Source: Malacoraja senta (taxonomy: Eukaryota). Taken from it: 64,000 bases of DNA. Under the pieces are notes generated by a model, which was not told the origin of the DNA, searched no databases, and saw only the letters and a list, made by a program, of their open reading frames with translations. The DNA is taken from contig JAXLNO010002302.1 of the NCBI GenBank assembly GCA_038087875.1, forward strand, positions 1 to 64,000, written 5' to 3'. This document shows, one piece after another, positions 1-11,204 of this stretch. Made by a program: the position numbers and the translations under genes. The stretch's first letter is position 1. Every line of letters starts with the position of its first letter.

Positions 1-522
1 CCTTCCCTCACCAGGTCAATGGGCTGAGGAAGCTGGTGAAGGCAAGCAGGATTTAGATTCTTATTGACCACCCTGGAGGTCCTACTTTTCAGCCGCCTTC
101 CGAGTTCTCTGAAGTCACGCTGTAGAATGTCTTTCCACTTCTTCCCGACGTCATTTGTGCCGACATGCACTACCACTTCCGGCTGCTCACCTTCACCCTT
201 GAGGATGCTCTGCAATCGGTCCATGGCGTCCTGGGTCCTGGCACCAGGGAGGCAACACACTATCCTTGACTCTCACCTGTTGCCGCAGAAACCCCTGTCT
301 GTCCCCAACTACCACGGCTCTGCCTGACGTCTGTCTCTTCTGTTATGCCTCAGCTTCACCTTTTGACTCGCAGACCTGTCCCTTGTCTCTTCGGGTATCT
401 TCGGTGTAACGATCTTACTGTAGGTCCTGTCCAGGATTTTCCCGGATGATCCTGAGGTCATCCAGCTGCTTCTCCAGTGCCCCAACACGGTCCTTCAGGA
501 GCTGAATCTGTACACATTTTGC
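1..522 (-). mobile_element. CR1 LINE ORF1 remnant (zinc finger/leucine zipper plus SGNH esterase region)
   Basis: The minus strand reads CQKCVQIQLLKDRVGALEKQLDDL and IVCCLPGARTQDAMDRLQSILKGEGEQPEVVVHVGTND, homologous to the CR1 ORF1 at 9846-10786. Confidence 0.8.
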
Positions 523-524
523 TA

Positions 525-664
525 GAGGCGGGTAACATGTTCCCGATGTTGGGGGAGTTCAGAACCAGGGGCCATAGTTTAAGAATAAGGGGTAAGCCAT
601 TTAGAACGGAGATGAGGAAACACTTTTTCACACAGGCAGTTGTTAGTCTGTAGCATTCTCTGCC
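525..664 (+). mobile_element. CR1 ORF2 C-terminal fragment
   Basis: Encodes a MFPMLGEFRTRGHSLRIRGKPFRTEMRKHFFTQ motif, shared with the CR1 at 18755-19190. Confidence 0.8.
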
Positions 665-1040
665 GGGACCAAATGGTTTTAGTAATGAATTTTATAAAAA
701 ATTTCATGAGATAACGACTCCTTATTTATTTAATTTATATACTCACGCTTTTAAAGAAAATAAACTACCTGAAACATTAGCAGAATCAACTATTACGCTT
801 ATTCCAAAAAAAGATAAAGATTTAGAGGATCCGGGCTCATACAGAGCTATATCACTTTTAAATACAAACCAGAATTTTTTTGCAAAGACTTTAGCAAGAA
901 GATTAAGCAAATATATTAGTAAATTGATAAACCCTGATCAAACGGGGTTTATACCCAAAAGATATTCATTTAATAATTTGAGACTCCTGTTTAATATAAT
1001 GTACTCACATAAACTGGAGGAAGAAGATATATCAATTATT
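665..1040 (+). mobile_element. L1 LINE ORF2, segment 1 of the host element that spans 665-19637
   Basis: Reads GPNGFSNEFYKKF...LPETLAESTITLIPKKDKDLEDPGSYRAISLLN...INPDQTGFIPKR, paralogous to 57535-58329. Confidence 0.85.
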
Positions 1041-1788
1041 CATGAGATTGATAATCCGACCTCCCCCTCTCCGACATCGAACGGTCTGTCCTCAGCAGAG
1101 GTCTTACCTTTGTCCCCCTCCGTCCCCATCTCAATGAGTTCCGTGCCCTCCATGACTTGGAACGCTTCTATCGTCGCCTCCGCCTCACAGCTCACTTCCC
1201 ATGGGAAGGAGTCCTCACTCCCCACTGATGACCCCTTTTCCCGTCTCCAACGCACCCCATCCTCATGGAACCCCCCTCGTAGCCTTCCGGCTTTAGAACT
1301 CTTTATTAAAAACTGCCGCCGTGACATCAACCGCCTCAACTTCACCACTCCCCTGTCTCACTCCAATCTCTCCCCCCCTGAACGCACTGCCATCGACTCA
1401 CTCCGCAACAACCTAGATTGGGTTATCAAACCCGCCGACAAGGGAGGTGCCGTGGTAGTCTGGCGCGTCGATCTCTACAAAGCTGAGGCCACGCGCCCAA
1501 CTCTCGGACACCTCCTCCTACTTACCCCTGGACCATGACCCCACTGACGAGCACCAGGCCACCATCTCCAGCACCATCACCGACTTCATCCACTCCCACG
1601 CCCTGCCCGACGAGCCTCCAACCTCATCGTTCCCCAGCCCCGCACAGCCCGCTTTTACCTTCTCCCCAAAATCCACAAACCTGACTGTCCCGGTAGACCC
1701 ATTGTCTCTGCCTGTTCTTGCCCCACCGAACTCATCTCCACCTAGCTCGACTCCATCCTAACCCCCTTGGTTAAATCCCTCCCTACCT

Positions 1789-3222
1789 ATGTTCAAAACA
1801 CCTGACACTCTCCGTCATCTCTGCGCATTCCACTCTCTAGGCCCTCACCCCCTCATCTTCACCATGGACGTCCAGTCACTGTACACCTCCATCCCCCACC
1901 AGGATGGTCTCGAAGCCCTCCGTTTTTTCCTCAACCGTAGAAGCAATCTATACCCGGCCACTGACACCCTCCTCCGCCTAGCGGAGCTGGTACTTACACT
2001 TAATAACTTTTCATTTGACTCCTCCCATTTCCTCCAAATACAAGGCGTAGCTATGGGCACACGCATGGGCCCCAGCTACGCTTGCCTCTTTGTCGGGTAC
2101 GTAGAACAATCCTTGTTCAATGCGTACCAGGGCCCCATCCCCGACCTCTACCTCCGCTACATCGATGATTGTTTTGGTGCCACATCCTGCACCCACACAC
2201 AACTGACTGACTTCATCCGCTTCACCACCAACTTCCATCCGGCACTCAAATACACCTGGACCATTTCCGACACTTCCCTACCATTCCTTGACCTCACTAT
2301 CTCCATCGCAGGTGATAGACTCCTTACCGACATCCACTACAAACCTACCGACTCCCATGGCTATCTGGACTACACTTCTTCCCACCCTGCTTCCTGTAAG
2401 GACTCCATCCCCCACTCCCAATTCCTCCGTCTACGCCGCATCTGCTCCCAGGATGAGGCGTTCCACACCAGGGCATCTGAAATGTCCTCATTCTTCAGGG
2501 AATGGGGGTTCCCCTCCTCCACCATAGATGAGGCTCGCACCAGGGTCTCTGCCATACCCCGCAACACTGCTCTCTCTCCCCATCCCCCCACTCACAACAA
2601 AGGCAGAGTCCCCCTAGTCCTCACCTTTCACCCCACCAGCCGTCACATACAACAAGTGATCCTCCGTCAGTTTCGCCACCTCCAACGTGACCCCACCACT
2701 CGCCACATCTTCCCATCTCCCCCCATGTCTGCCTTCCGCAAAGACCGCTCCCTCCGTAACTCCCTTGTCAATTCTTCCCTTCCCTCCCATACCACCCCCT
2801 CCCCTGGTACTTTCCCTTGCAACCGCAAGAGATGCAACACTTGTCCCTTCACCTCCCCCCTCCACTCCATTCAAGGACCCAAGCAGTCGTTCCAGCTGCG
2901 ACAGAGGTTCACCTGCATCTCCTCCAACCTCATCTATTGCATTCGCTGCTCTAGATGCCAGCTGATCTACATCGGTGAGACCAAGCGGAGGCTTGGCGAT
3001 CGTTTCACCGAACACCTCCGGTCGGTCCGCAATAACCAACCTGAACTCCCAGTGGCTCAGCACTTCAACTCCCCCTCCCATTCCGTATCTCACCTCTCTG
3101 TCCTGGGTCTCCTCCATGGCCACAGCGAGCAACACCGTAAATTGGAGGAAATGCACCTCATATTCCGCTTGAGCAGTCTACATCCTGGTGGCCTGAACAT
3201 TGAATTCTCCCAATTCTGCTAG
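1789..3222 (+). CDS. Penelope-like RT/GIY-YIG ORF, intact 477-aa C-terminal part; upstream part broken by a stop and frameshifts
   Basis: Motifs TMDVQSLYTSIP, QIQGVAMGTRMGPSYA, YLRYIDD (RT) and NLIYCIRCSRCQLIYIGETKRRLGDRFTEH (GIY-YIG). Confidence 0.85.
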   Translation: MFKTPDTLRHLCAFHSLGPHPLIFTMDVQSLYTSIPHQDGLEALRFFLNRRSNLYPATDTLLRLAELVLTLNNFSFDSSHFLQIQGVAMGTRMGPSYACLFVGYVEQSLFNAYQGPIPDLYLRYIDDCFGATSCTHTQLTDFIRFTTNFHPALKYTWTISDTSLPFLDLTISIAGDRLLTDIHYKPTDSHGYLDYTSSHPASCKDSIPHSQFLRLRRICSQDEAFHTRASEMSSFFREWGFPSSTIDEARTRVSAIPRNTALSPHPPTHNKGRVPLVLTFHPTSRHIQQVILRQFRHLQRDPTTRHIFPSPPMSAFRKDRSLRNSLVNSSLPSHTTPSPGTFPCNRKRCNTCPFTSPLHSIQGPKQSFQLRQRFTCISSNLIYCIRCSRCQLIYIGETKRRLGDRFTEHLRSVRNNQPELPVAQHFNSPSHSVSHLSVLGLLHGHSEQHRKLEEMHLIFRLSSLHPGGLNIEFSQFC

Positions 3223-3335
3223 CCCTTGCTGTCCCCTCCCCTTCATCAGCCATCTGGTTGTCTCCTCCCCTCCCCCAGCCCTCGGGCTCCTCCTCCGCCT
3301 TTTTCCTTTTTTCCTTTCTTCTCCCCACCCCCTAT

Positions 3336-3371
3336 CAGTCTGAAGAAGGGTTTCGGCCCGAAACGTTGACT
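3336..3371 (+). ncRNA. Minimal hammerhead-ribozyme-like motif in the Penelope pseudo-LTR
   Basis: CAGT-CTGAAGA-A-GGG tttcgg CCC-GAAAC-GTT-GACT matches the CUGANGA / stem II / GAAAC-GUH layout with a palindromic ACGU stem III. Activity is not demonstrated. Confidence 0.5.
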
Positions 3372-3432
3372 ATTTCCTTCGCTCCATAGATGCTGCTGCA
3401 CCCGCTGAGTTTCTCCAGCATTTTTGTGTACC

Positions 3433-4627
3433 TATCAATTATTTCTCTGGATGCAGAGAAATAAATTTGATCAGGTAGAGTGGCAGTACTTATACAAAGT
3501 ATTGCAAAAATTTAATATGGGTGAGAATTTTATTACATGGGTAAAATTATTATATGATAAACCGATGGCAAAAATATTGACTAATAATATGGTATCTCAA
3601 AAATTTCAATTATCAAGGGGTAATAGGCAGGGATGTGCGTTATCACCCTGCCTATTATGATAGAACCTTTCGCTGAAAGTATAAGAATGTATCCGAATAT
3701 TCAGGGCTATAATACTAGGGACCCAAATAATAAAATGTCATTATATGCAGACGATATACTTTTATATATTACAAAATCACAAACGAGCATACCAAATTTA
3801 TTAAACTTAATAGAGGAATTTGGGTCCTTTTCTGGATATAGAATAAATTGGAATAAAAGTGAAATCATGACGTTAAAACCTCAAGAATCTACACACTTAC
3901 TGAAGTTCCCCTTTAAAATAGCAACAGAAAATTTAAATATTTGGGTATTCAGATTACTAGAAAACATAAAGCATTATTCAATGCTAATTTTATACCTTTA
4001 TTAAACAAACTGAATATACTGATTAAATTTTGGAAACTTCCTTTATCATTAATAGGTAGAATAAATGCTATAAAATGATCTTTCTACCACAATTATTATA
4101 CCTATTTCAGTCTATACCAGTATATATACCAAAATACTTTTTTTTAAAAATTAGACTCTAATATTACTAATTTTATTTGGGATTATAAATCACATAGAAT
4201 TTAAAAAAAAAACTTATGTAAACCAAAAGATGTCGGGGGACTTTCACTTCCGAATTTTTTGTATTATTATTGGGCAGTGCATATTAAGAATATAATTTAT
4301 TGGTTGGACAGTTCTAGCCAACAGACAGAATGGATAAAAATGGAGAAAGAGGATTGTTTCCCTTGTAATATAGGAACGATCCTCTTCTCCCCGAAAAACC
4401 TGAACAATACAATATATAAGAACCCAATTATACATGATACAATAAGAATATGGAAACAAATAAAATTATCCTTAAAATTAAGAAATTTATCATTGTTAAT
4501 GCCAATAGCGAATAATCCTTTATTTAAACCATCTCTTATTGACAAAACATATAATCAATGGGAAAGTTTAGGAATTAATAGGATCGTGGATATGTATGAA
4601 ATGGGAAATCTATTATCATTCCAACAA
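3433..4627 (+). mobile_element. L1 ORF2, segment 2 (RT core, degraded)
   Basis: FDQVEWQYLYKVLQKF, RGNRQGCALSP, SLYADDILLY, GYRINWNKSE, YYYWAVHIK. Confidence 0.85.
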
Positions 4628-4822
4628 TCTATTAATATATTAAAACTCTGTGGCTGCCGGCTGCGTGCCGTCCGCCTCCTTGACTTGTGCCAGCAAGCCC
4701 CATTGATACCGCGCTACGCCCACACCGCACGCGGTGTGGGCGTAGTGCGGCGAAGCTCGTCATCACGTGTGTGGAATAGAGAAAGAGGATTGGGGGTGAT
4801 AGGGAAGGGGAATATATGGACT

Positions 4823-5868
4823 GTCCCTACCCTCCCCCTTCCACTCTCCCTCCCCACTATTTCCCCTCTCTCCCCCCCACCCCTCTCCACCTCCCTCCCC
4901 TTACCCATCTCCCTCCTCCCCTCCCCCCCTCTCCCCACACCTCTCTCCCTCCCCTCTCCCCCTCCCCATCCTCTCGCCTCCCCCTCTCCATCACCCTCTC
5001 CTCACGCTCTCCTCTCCTCCCATCCCTCTCTCCTCACCCCCTTCCTCCCCCACCCCCTTCCCTCTCCCAACCCTCCTTCCCTCCCCCACCCCCTTCCCTC
5101 CCCACCCCCTTCCCACTCTTCCCCCTCCATCCACACTCTTCCCCCTCTACCCCCCTTCCTCATCTCCCTCCTCGCCTCCCTCCCCCCTCCCCCACACCTC
5201 TCTCTGCCTCCCCTCTCTTCCCCAGCTTCCCCTACCCCTCTGCCCCTCTTCCACCACTCCCCCTTCCCTCTTCCACCACTCCCTCTACCCCTCTCCCCTT
5301 CCTCCCTCCCCACTCTTCCACTTCTCTTTCCCCCTCCCACTCCCACTCTCCCTCCCACTCTTTCCACTCTCTCCTCCCACCCCTCTCCCCTCCCTCCACA
5401 CTCTTCTCCTCCCTCCACTACCCCATCTCCCTCCTCCCCTCCCTCCCCCACACCTCTCTCCCCCTCCCCATCCCTCTCCCCTCCCCCTCTCCATCTCCCT
5501 CTCATCGCCCCTCTCCCTCTCTTCCCCTCCTCCTCCCACCCCCATCCCTCTCTCCCCACCCCCTTCTCCATCTACACTCTTCCCCCTCCCTCCACACTCT
5601 TCCCCCTCCCTCCCCAACCACATTCCCCTAATCCCCTCCCTCCTCATCCCTCCCCCCCTCCCCCACACCTCTCTCCCCTCCCCCATCCCTCTCTCCTCCC
5701 GTCCCCCTTCCCTCTCTCCCCCCACCCCCTACCCCCTACCCCTCTGTCCTTCATCCAACACTCCCCTTACACCTCCCTCCCCACTCTTCAACTTCTCTCC
5801 CCCTTACCCCACCCCTCTTTCTCTCCCCCTCCCTTCCCCTTCCCTCCCCTCTCTCCCCCCACCCCTTG
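4823..5868. repeat. Polypyrimidine (C/T) low-complexity tract followed by an inverted purine-rich copy
   Basis: About 1 kb that is nearly all C/T; 5869-5960 is the reverse complement of internal motifs such as 5390-5445. Confidence 0.9.
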
Positions 5869-5880
5869 GATGGGGGAGGG

Positions 5881-6230
5881 GGAGGGAGGAGATTAGGGAG
5901 ATGGGTAGGGGAGGGAGTAGGAAGAGTGTGGAGGGAGGCGGAAGAGTGTGGAGGGAGAAAGAGGAGAGACCAAAGAAGAAATAACTATATGTCGATGATC
6001 AACGAGAAAGAACACAAAACATGGAGCAAGAGACAACAAAAATGAACATAACTGAAGACATTTTATCGGAGGGAGGAGATTAGGGAGATGGGGTAGGGGA
6101 GGGGGAAGAGTGGAGGGAGAAAGAAGAGAGACCCAAGAAGAAATAACTGAACATGTCGAGGATCAACGAGAAAGAACACAAAACATGGAGCAAGAGACAC
6201 AACAAAAATGAACATAACTGAATACATTCT
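5881..6230. repeat. Tandem direct repeat, two copies of about 190 bp
   Basis: GGAGGGAGGAGATTAGGGAGATGG...AACGAGAAAGAACACAAAACATGGAGCAAGAGAC...AACATAACTGAA occurs at about 5881 and 6069. Confidence 0.85.
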
Positions 6231-6984
6231 ATCTTTACCATTTAAATTGTTGTATTTTAAGTTATTTACATTTTAAGATTTAATAAATCACTTTTCCACT
6301 TGCAGTGCCTGTCAGCCGCTATCTCTCTGCTCTCTCTCTCTTTGATCTTTATCTTTTTCTCTTCCCTCTCTCTCTCTTCCACTCTGTCTGTGCACACTCT
6401 CTCTGCTACAACCCCCCCGGCCCCCCCTCTAGACGCACCTGAGAGGTGAGGGCTATTCGTCAGTGGATAGGGTGGAGATGGGATAAAAGAAGCCAATTAA
6501 TAAAATTAAGATAATATCAAGGGGTGTAATGAGTGTGTGTGTTTGTGGGTGCCAGATTCCAACCCCGCAACCGTGCTTTGGAGGTACAGACCCAACGGGG
6601 GTGGTGGTTAGTGTGATGCCTCGGTAAAGATTTCGTTTTTCTTTACGAATAGCCGCTCCTGATTAAATTTCGTCGTGTTTATGTACACGTTTTTAATCAA
6701 ATACTTCTCCCCCCCCCCCCCACCCCCGAAATTTCAAAATGTTAAAAAAAAAACAGCGCTCAGCCATAGAATGTTAGTGAAGGTTCCGTCTTGTGATGTC
6801 ACAATGCCCAATGCTCACAGATGTCCAATCGGAATGGATCCATTTACATATGCCTTTGCAGTGGCACCAGCCCCAGTCCCTCCCCCCCACCCCCGCAGCC
6901 TGTGTCGAAGGGCGGCGTCACGTGTGTGGGAATAGAGAAAGAGGATTGGGGGTGATAGGGAATGGGGAACAGATGGACTGTCCC

Positions 6985-7435
6985 TACCCCTCCTACTTCC
7001 ACTCTCCCTCCCCTCTCTCCCTCCCCTCCCACCCCCTCTCTCCCCCTCCACCACCCCTCTTCACCCCCATCTCCCCCCCACCCCCTTCCCCTCTCTCTTG
7101 CACCACTCCCCGCTACCCCTCTGCCCCACTCTTCCCACTCTTCCCCTCTCCCTCCCCCACATCTCTCCCTCCCTCCTCCCTCTCTTCCCCCTACTCTCCC
7201 CTTCCCCTCATCCCCTCTCTCCATCTCTAACATCCTCTCCCCCCTTCCTGCCCTCCCCGCTCTCCTCCCACTCCCCACTCTCCTCCCCCTCCCTCTCCCC
7301 CACCCTGCTCTCTTCTCCCTCACCAATCTCTCCCCTTTCCTCCTCCCCCTCTCCCCTCCCTCCCCCTCTTCTCTCCCCACCCCGTCTCCCTCACCCCTCT
7401 TCTCTCCCCACCCCGTCTTCCTCTCCCCCCACCTG
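6985..7435. repeat. Second polypyrimidine tract
   Basis: C/T-rich and preceded by the same CACGTGTGTGG...ATGGACTGTCCCTACC module as at 4770. Confidence 0.85.
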
Positions 7436-7539
7436 TGTTTGGGGGGTGGTTAGTGTGAGTGTGATGCCGCAACCCACCCCCCCCCCCTCCCGCAAACGCG
7501 CGTTGGAGAAACAGACCGCAAACAGTCTCTCTGTCTTTA

Positions 7540-7750
7540 AGACAGAACTGCAGATGCTGGAAAATCAAAGGTACTCAATAAAAACTATATAACCTCAGCG
7601 GATGCAGCAGCATCTATGGATCGAAGGAAATAGTCAACGTTTCGGGACAAAACCCGTCTGAGGATGGGTTTCAGCCCAAAGCATTGCATGTTTCCTTCGC
7701 TCCATAGATGCTGCTGCACCCGCTGTGTTTCTCCGGCTTTTTTTTGTGTA
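7540..7750. mobile_element. Head-to-head pair of Penelope pseudo-LTR fragments
   Basis: A minus-strand copy (about 7540-7655) abuts a plus-strand copy (about 7655-7750); both match 3340-3430. Confidence 0.7.
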
Positions 7751-8192
7751 CCAGTCTCTCGGTCTCTACCCCCTCTCTCTCTCTCTCTGCCCTTCTCTCT
7801 TCACAGCCCGCGGCACGACTCATGCATGCCCGCTCCAACCCCCCCCCCCTCTTCACCTCCCCCATCCTCCTTCCTCTCTCCTCTCTCCCCCTCCTCTCTT
7901 CCCACCTTCCTGTCCTCCCCCTCCTCACAATTTTTTTTCAAACATTACATTTTCTATCTCTGCACCACCCCCCCTCGAGACGCACTTGAGAGGTGAGGGC
8001 TATTCGTCAGTGGATAGGGTGGAGATGGTATAAAAGAAGCCAATTAAAAAATTAAGATAATATCAAGCGGTGTGATGAGTGTGTGTGTTTGCGGGTGCCA
8101 GATTCCCACCCCGCAACCGTGCTTTGGAGGAACAGACCCAACGGTTGGGTGGTTAGTATGACGCCGCAGCCCCCCCCCCCCCCAAACGCACA

Positions 8193-8971
8193 TTACAATT
8201 AAAATTTAAATTGAAAACAACCATTATTTTAAATATCTTCAGATTTGCAATTTCATGAAGAAATACATATGAGGATATCAAAAAATAACTCCTGACTGAT
8301 TGGAAGAAGCAATGAATATTAAAGCTGACTCACAAAAATTAATATCATATTTATATAATAGTATTTTTAAATATAGACCTACCAGCGACAGAGGCACTTA
8401 GAGAAGAGTGGGAACGGGAATTAATGATAAAAATTACGAAGGTTACATGGGAAAAGTATTTGATATACATTCACAAATTTTCGATTAATGCAAGACATAA
8501 TCTAATTCATTTAAAAATTTTACATAGATTATATTATTCAAAAACAAGATTGAATGAATTCTATCCAAATATATCCCCCATTTGCGATAAGTGTTTAACC
8601 CAAAACGCAACTGTAACACACTCTTTTGTTTCCTGCATAAAACTTTATAAATTCTGGAGTGATATTTTTGAAATATTTACAAAATTATTTAAGATAAGAA
8701 TGGAACCTAATAATGATTTGATTATATTTGGAGTAATGGAAGATGGGAATAAATTGAATTCATCTCAAAATTTATTTTTTAATTGTGGTTTAATAATAGC
8801 AAAAAAATGAATACTTAAATTTTGGAAAAATGCACCAATACCAACGCTCAAAATGTGGATTGCAAGCATGTTGGACACCGCACAGCTTGAGGAAATGCGA
8901 TTCCTCCTAATAGATAAATCTGACCAATTCATAACGAATTGGTCTCCATTTGTCGTCTTTTTGGAATCATA
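8193..8971 (+). mobile_element. L1 ORF2, segment 3 (C-terminal cysteine-rich region)
   Basis: KILHRLYYSK...CDKCLTQNATVTHSFVSC, ending VVFLES at the CR1 junction. Confidence 0.85.
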
Positions 8972-8974
8972 CAG

Positions 8975-9590
8975 AGGCCCGGGGAGCCGTTGGTGAGAGG
9001 AGGAGTTACCTGGGCCCGGGGAGCCGTTGGTGAGAGGAGCAGGAGTTACCTGGGCCCGGGGAGCCGTTGGTGAGAGGAGGAGGAGTTACCTGGGCCCGGG
9101 GAGCCGTTGATGAGAGGAGCAGGAGTTACCTGGGCCCGGGGAGCCGTTGGTGAGAGGAGGAGGAGTTACTTGGGCCCAGGGAGCCGTTGGTGAGAGGAGG
9201 AGTTACCTGGGCCCAGGGAGCCGTTGGTGAGAGGAGGAGTTACCTGGGCCCGGGGAGCCGTTGGTGAGAGGAGGAGTTACCTGGGCCCAGGGAGCCGTTG
9301 GTGAGAGGTGGAGGAGTTACCTGGGCCCGGGGAGCCGTTGGCGAGAGGAGGAGTTACCTGGGCCCAGGGAGCCGTTGGTGAGAGGTGGAGGAGTTACCTG
9401 GGCCCGGGGAGCCGTTGGTGAGAGGAGGAGTTACCTGGGCCCGGGGAGCCGTTGGTGCGAGGAGGAGGAGTTACCTGGGCCCGGGGAGCCGTTGGTGAGA
9501 GGAGGTGGAGTTACCTGGGCCCGGGGAGCCGTTGGTGAGAGGAGGAGGAGTTACCTGGGCCCGGGGAGCCGTTGGTGAGAGGAGGAGGAA
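8975..9590 (+). repeat. Minisatellite of about 15 units of 36-42 bp, forming the CR1 5' region
   Basis: Unit GGGCCCGGGGAGCCGTTGGTGAGAGGAG(GAG)nTTACCT, directly upstream of CR1 ORF1. Confidence 0.9.
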
Positions 9591-9845
9591 CCAAAATCTG
9601 CAGCGTTCCATCTCACTTCCAGAGAAGAGTCTGGTGGAAGAGGACCAGAGGAAGCAGCTGATTGGGTGCAACCCCGGGTTTACATTTTTACATTTCTGCT
9701 TTCAGGTTAAGGGTTCTGGGAGTTAAGGATTCTGGGAATTAAGGGTACAGTATTTATTAGTAAAGGTACAGTTTTAAGGATAAAGTTGTTTTTGTGTTGC
9801 TTAAAAAAAAATTTAATATAGAGTTAATTTTGGGATTAAGCTATG

Positions 9846-10786
9846 TCAGTGGAGATTGGCCCCGTGGTTTGCTCGGCCTGCAACATGTGGGAGATCAGGG
9901 ATATGGTCGGTGTCCCTGGTGACTACGTTTGCAGGAAGTGTGTCCAGCTGCAGCTCCTGGCAGACCCGCATTGAACGATTGGAGCTGCTGCTGGATTCAT
10001 ACTGGAGCATCCACGATGCTGAGAAAGTCGTGAATAGCACTACAGCGAGTTGGTCACACCGCAGGTAAAAGGTAAGAGGACAGAAAGGGAACGGGTGGCC
10101 AATAGCCAGCAAAGCAGTAGGCAGGTAGTGCAGGAGTCCCCTGCGTTCATCTCCCTCCTAAACAGGTATACCATTTTGGATACTGTTGGGGGAGATGGCT
10201 CATCAGGGGAAGGCAGCAGCAGCCAAGTTCATGGCACCATGGGTGGCTCTGCGGCACAGGGGGGGGGGGGAAGAGTGGAAGGGCAATAGTAATAGGGGAT
10301 TCAATTGTAAGGGGAATAGATAGGCGTTTCTGCGGCCGCAAACGAGACTCCAGGATGGTATGTTGCCTCCCTGGTGCAAGGGTCATGGATGTCACTGAAC
10401 GGCTGCAGAACATTCTGGAGGGGGAGGGTGAACAGCCAGTTGTCGTGGTGCATATTGGCACCAACGATATGGGTAAAAAAAGGGATGAGGTCCTACAAGG
10501 CGAATTTAGGGAGCTAGGAGATAAACTTAAAAGTAGGACCTCAAAGGTAGTAATCTCTGGATTACTACCAGTACCACGGGCCAGTCAGAGTAGAAATAGG
10601 AGGATATTGCAGATGAATACGTGCTTGAAAAATGGTGCAAGGGGGAGGGATTCAAATGTTAGGGCATTGGAACCAGTTCTGGGGGAGGTGGGACCAGTAC
10701 AAACAGGCGGTCTGCACCTGGGCTGGAATGGAACCAATGTCCTTGGGGGAGTGTTTGCTAGTGCTGTCGGGGAGGATTTAAACTAA
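9846..10786 (+). pseudogene. CR1 ORF1 (zinc finger/leucine zipper plus SGNH esterase), frameshifted
   Basis: VCCLPGARVMDVTERLQNILEGEGEQPVVVVHIGTND...GLHL, and an upstream CxxC region. Confidence 0.85.
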
Positions 10787-11204
10787 TGTGGCAGGGGGAT
10801 GGGTGCAAGAGCAGAGAGGCAGGGGGGTGTAAAATGAGGGTAGAAGCAATAGGTAGCAAGGTGAAAAGTAAAAGTGGCAGGCAGACAAAACCAGGGCAAA
10901 AATCAAAAAGGGCCAATTTTCAACATAATTGTATAAGGGGTAAGAGTGTTGTAAAGACAAGCCTGAAGGCTTTGTATATTAATGCAAGGAGCATTTGTAA
11001 TAAGGTGGATGACTTGAATGTGCAGATAGTTATTAATGAATATGATATAGTTGGGATCACGGAGACATGGCTCCAGGGTGACCAAGGCTGGGAGCTGAAC
11101 ATTCAGGGATATTCAATATTCAGGAGGGATAGACAGAAAGGAAAAGGAGGCGGGGTAGCATTGCTGGTTAGAGAGGAGATTAATGCAATAGAAAAGAAGG
11201 ACAT
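10786..11204 (+). pseudogene. CR1 ORF2 APE endonuclease, N-terminal part
   Basis: LKALYINARSICNK, DIVGITETW, RRDRQKGKGGGVALLV. Confidence 0.9.

Larger units (their letters stand above)
1041..3432 (+). mobile_element. Penelope-like retroelement (RT plus GIY-YIG endonuclease), 5'-degraded, with a 3' pseudo-LTR
   Basis: An 11-bp TSD TATCAATTATT flanks it (1030-1040 and 3433-3443), and the host L1 frame resumes with SIISLDAEK. Confidence 0.9.
4628..8192 (+). mobile_element. Non-autonomous Helitron-like composite insertion with long C/T-rich tracts
   Basis: It begins TCTATTAATATATTAAAA and sits between A and T of the L1 (CAACAA|...|TTACAATTAAAA) with no TSD. Internal modules recur at 4770/6920 and 6410/7965. 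No terminal CTRR was found. Confidence 0.5.

Noticed and set aside
4259-5896. 545-aa ORF and overlapping Pro-rich or Gly/Arg-rich ORFs at 4.7-7.6 kb
   Set aside because: These are an L1 fragment read through into C/T low-complexity DNA that lacks stops in several frames, an artefact of composition.
8975-9590. CRISPR-like regular repeat array
   Set aside because: The units are contiguous with no unique spacers, the context is eukaryotic, and there are no cas genes; it is a minisatellite.
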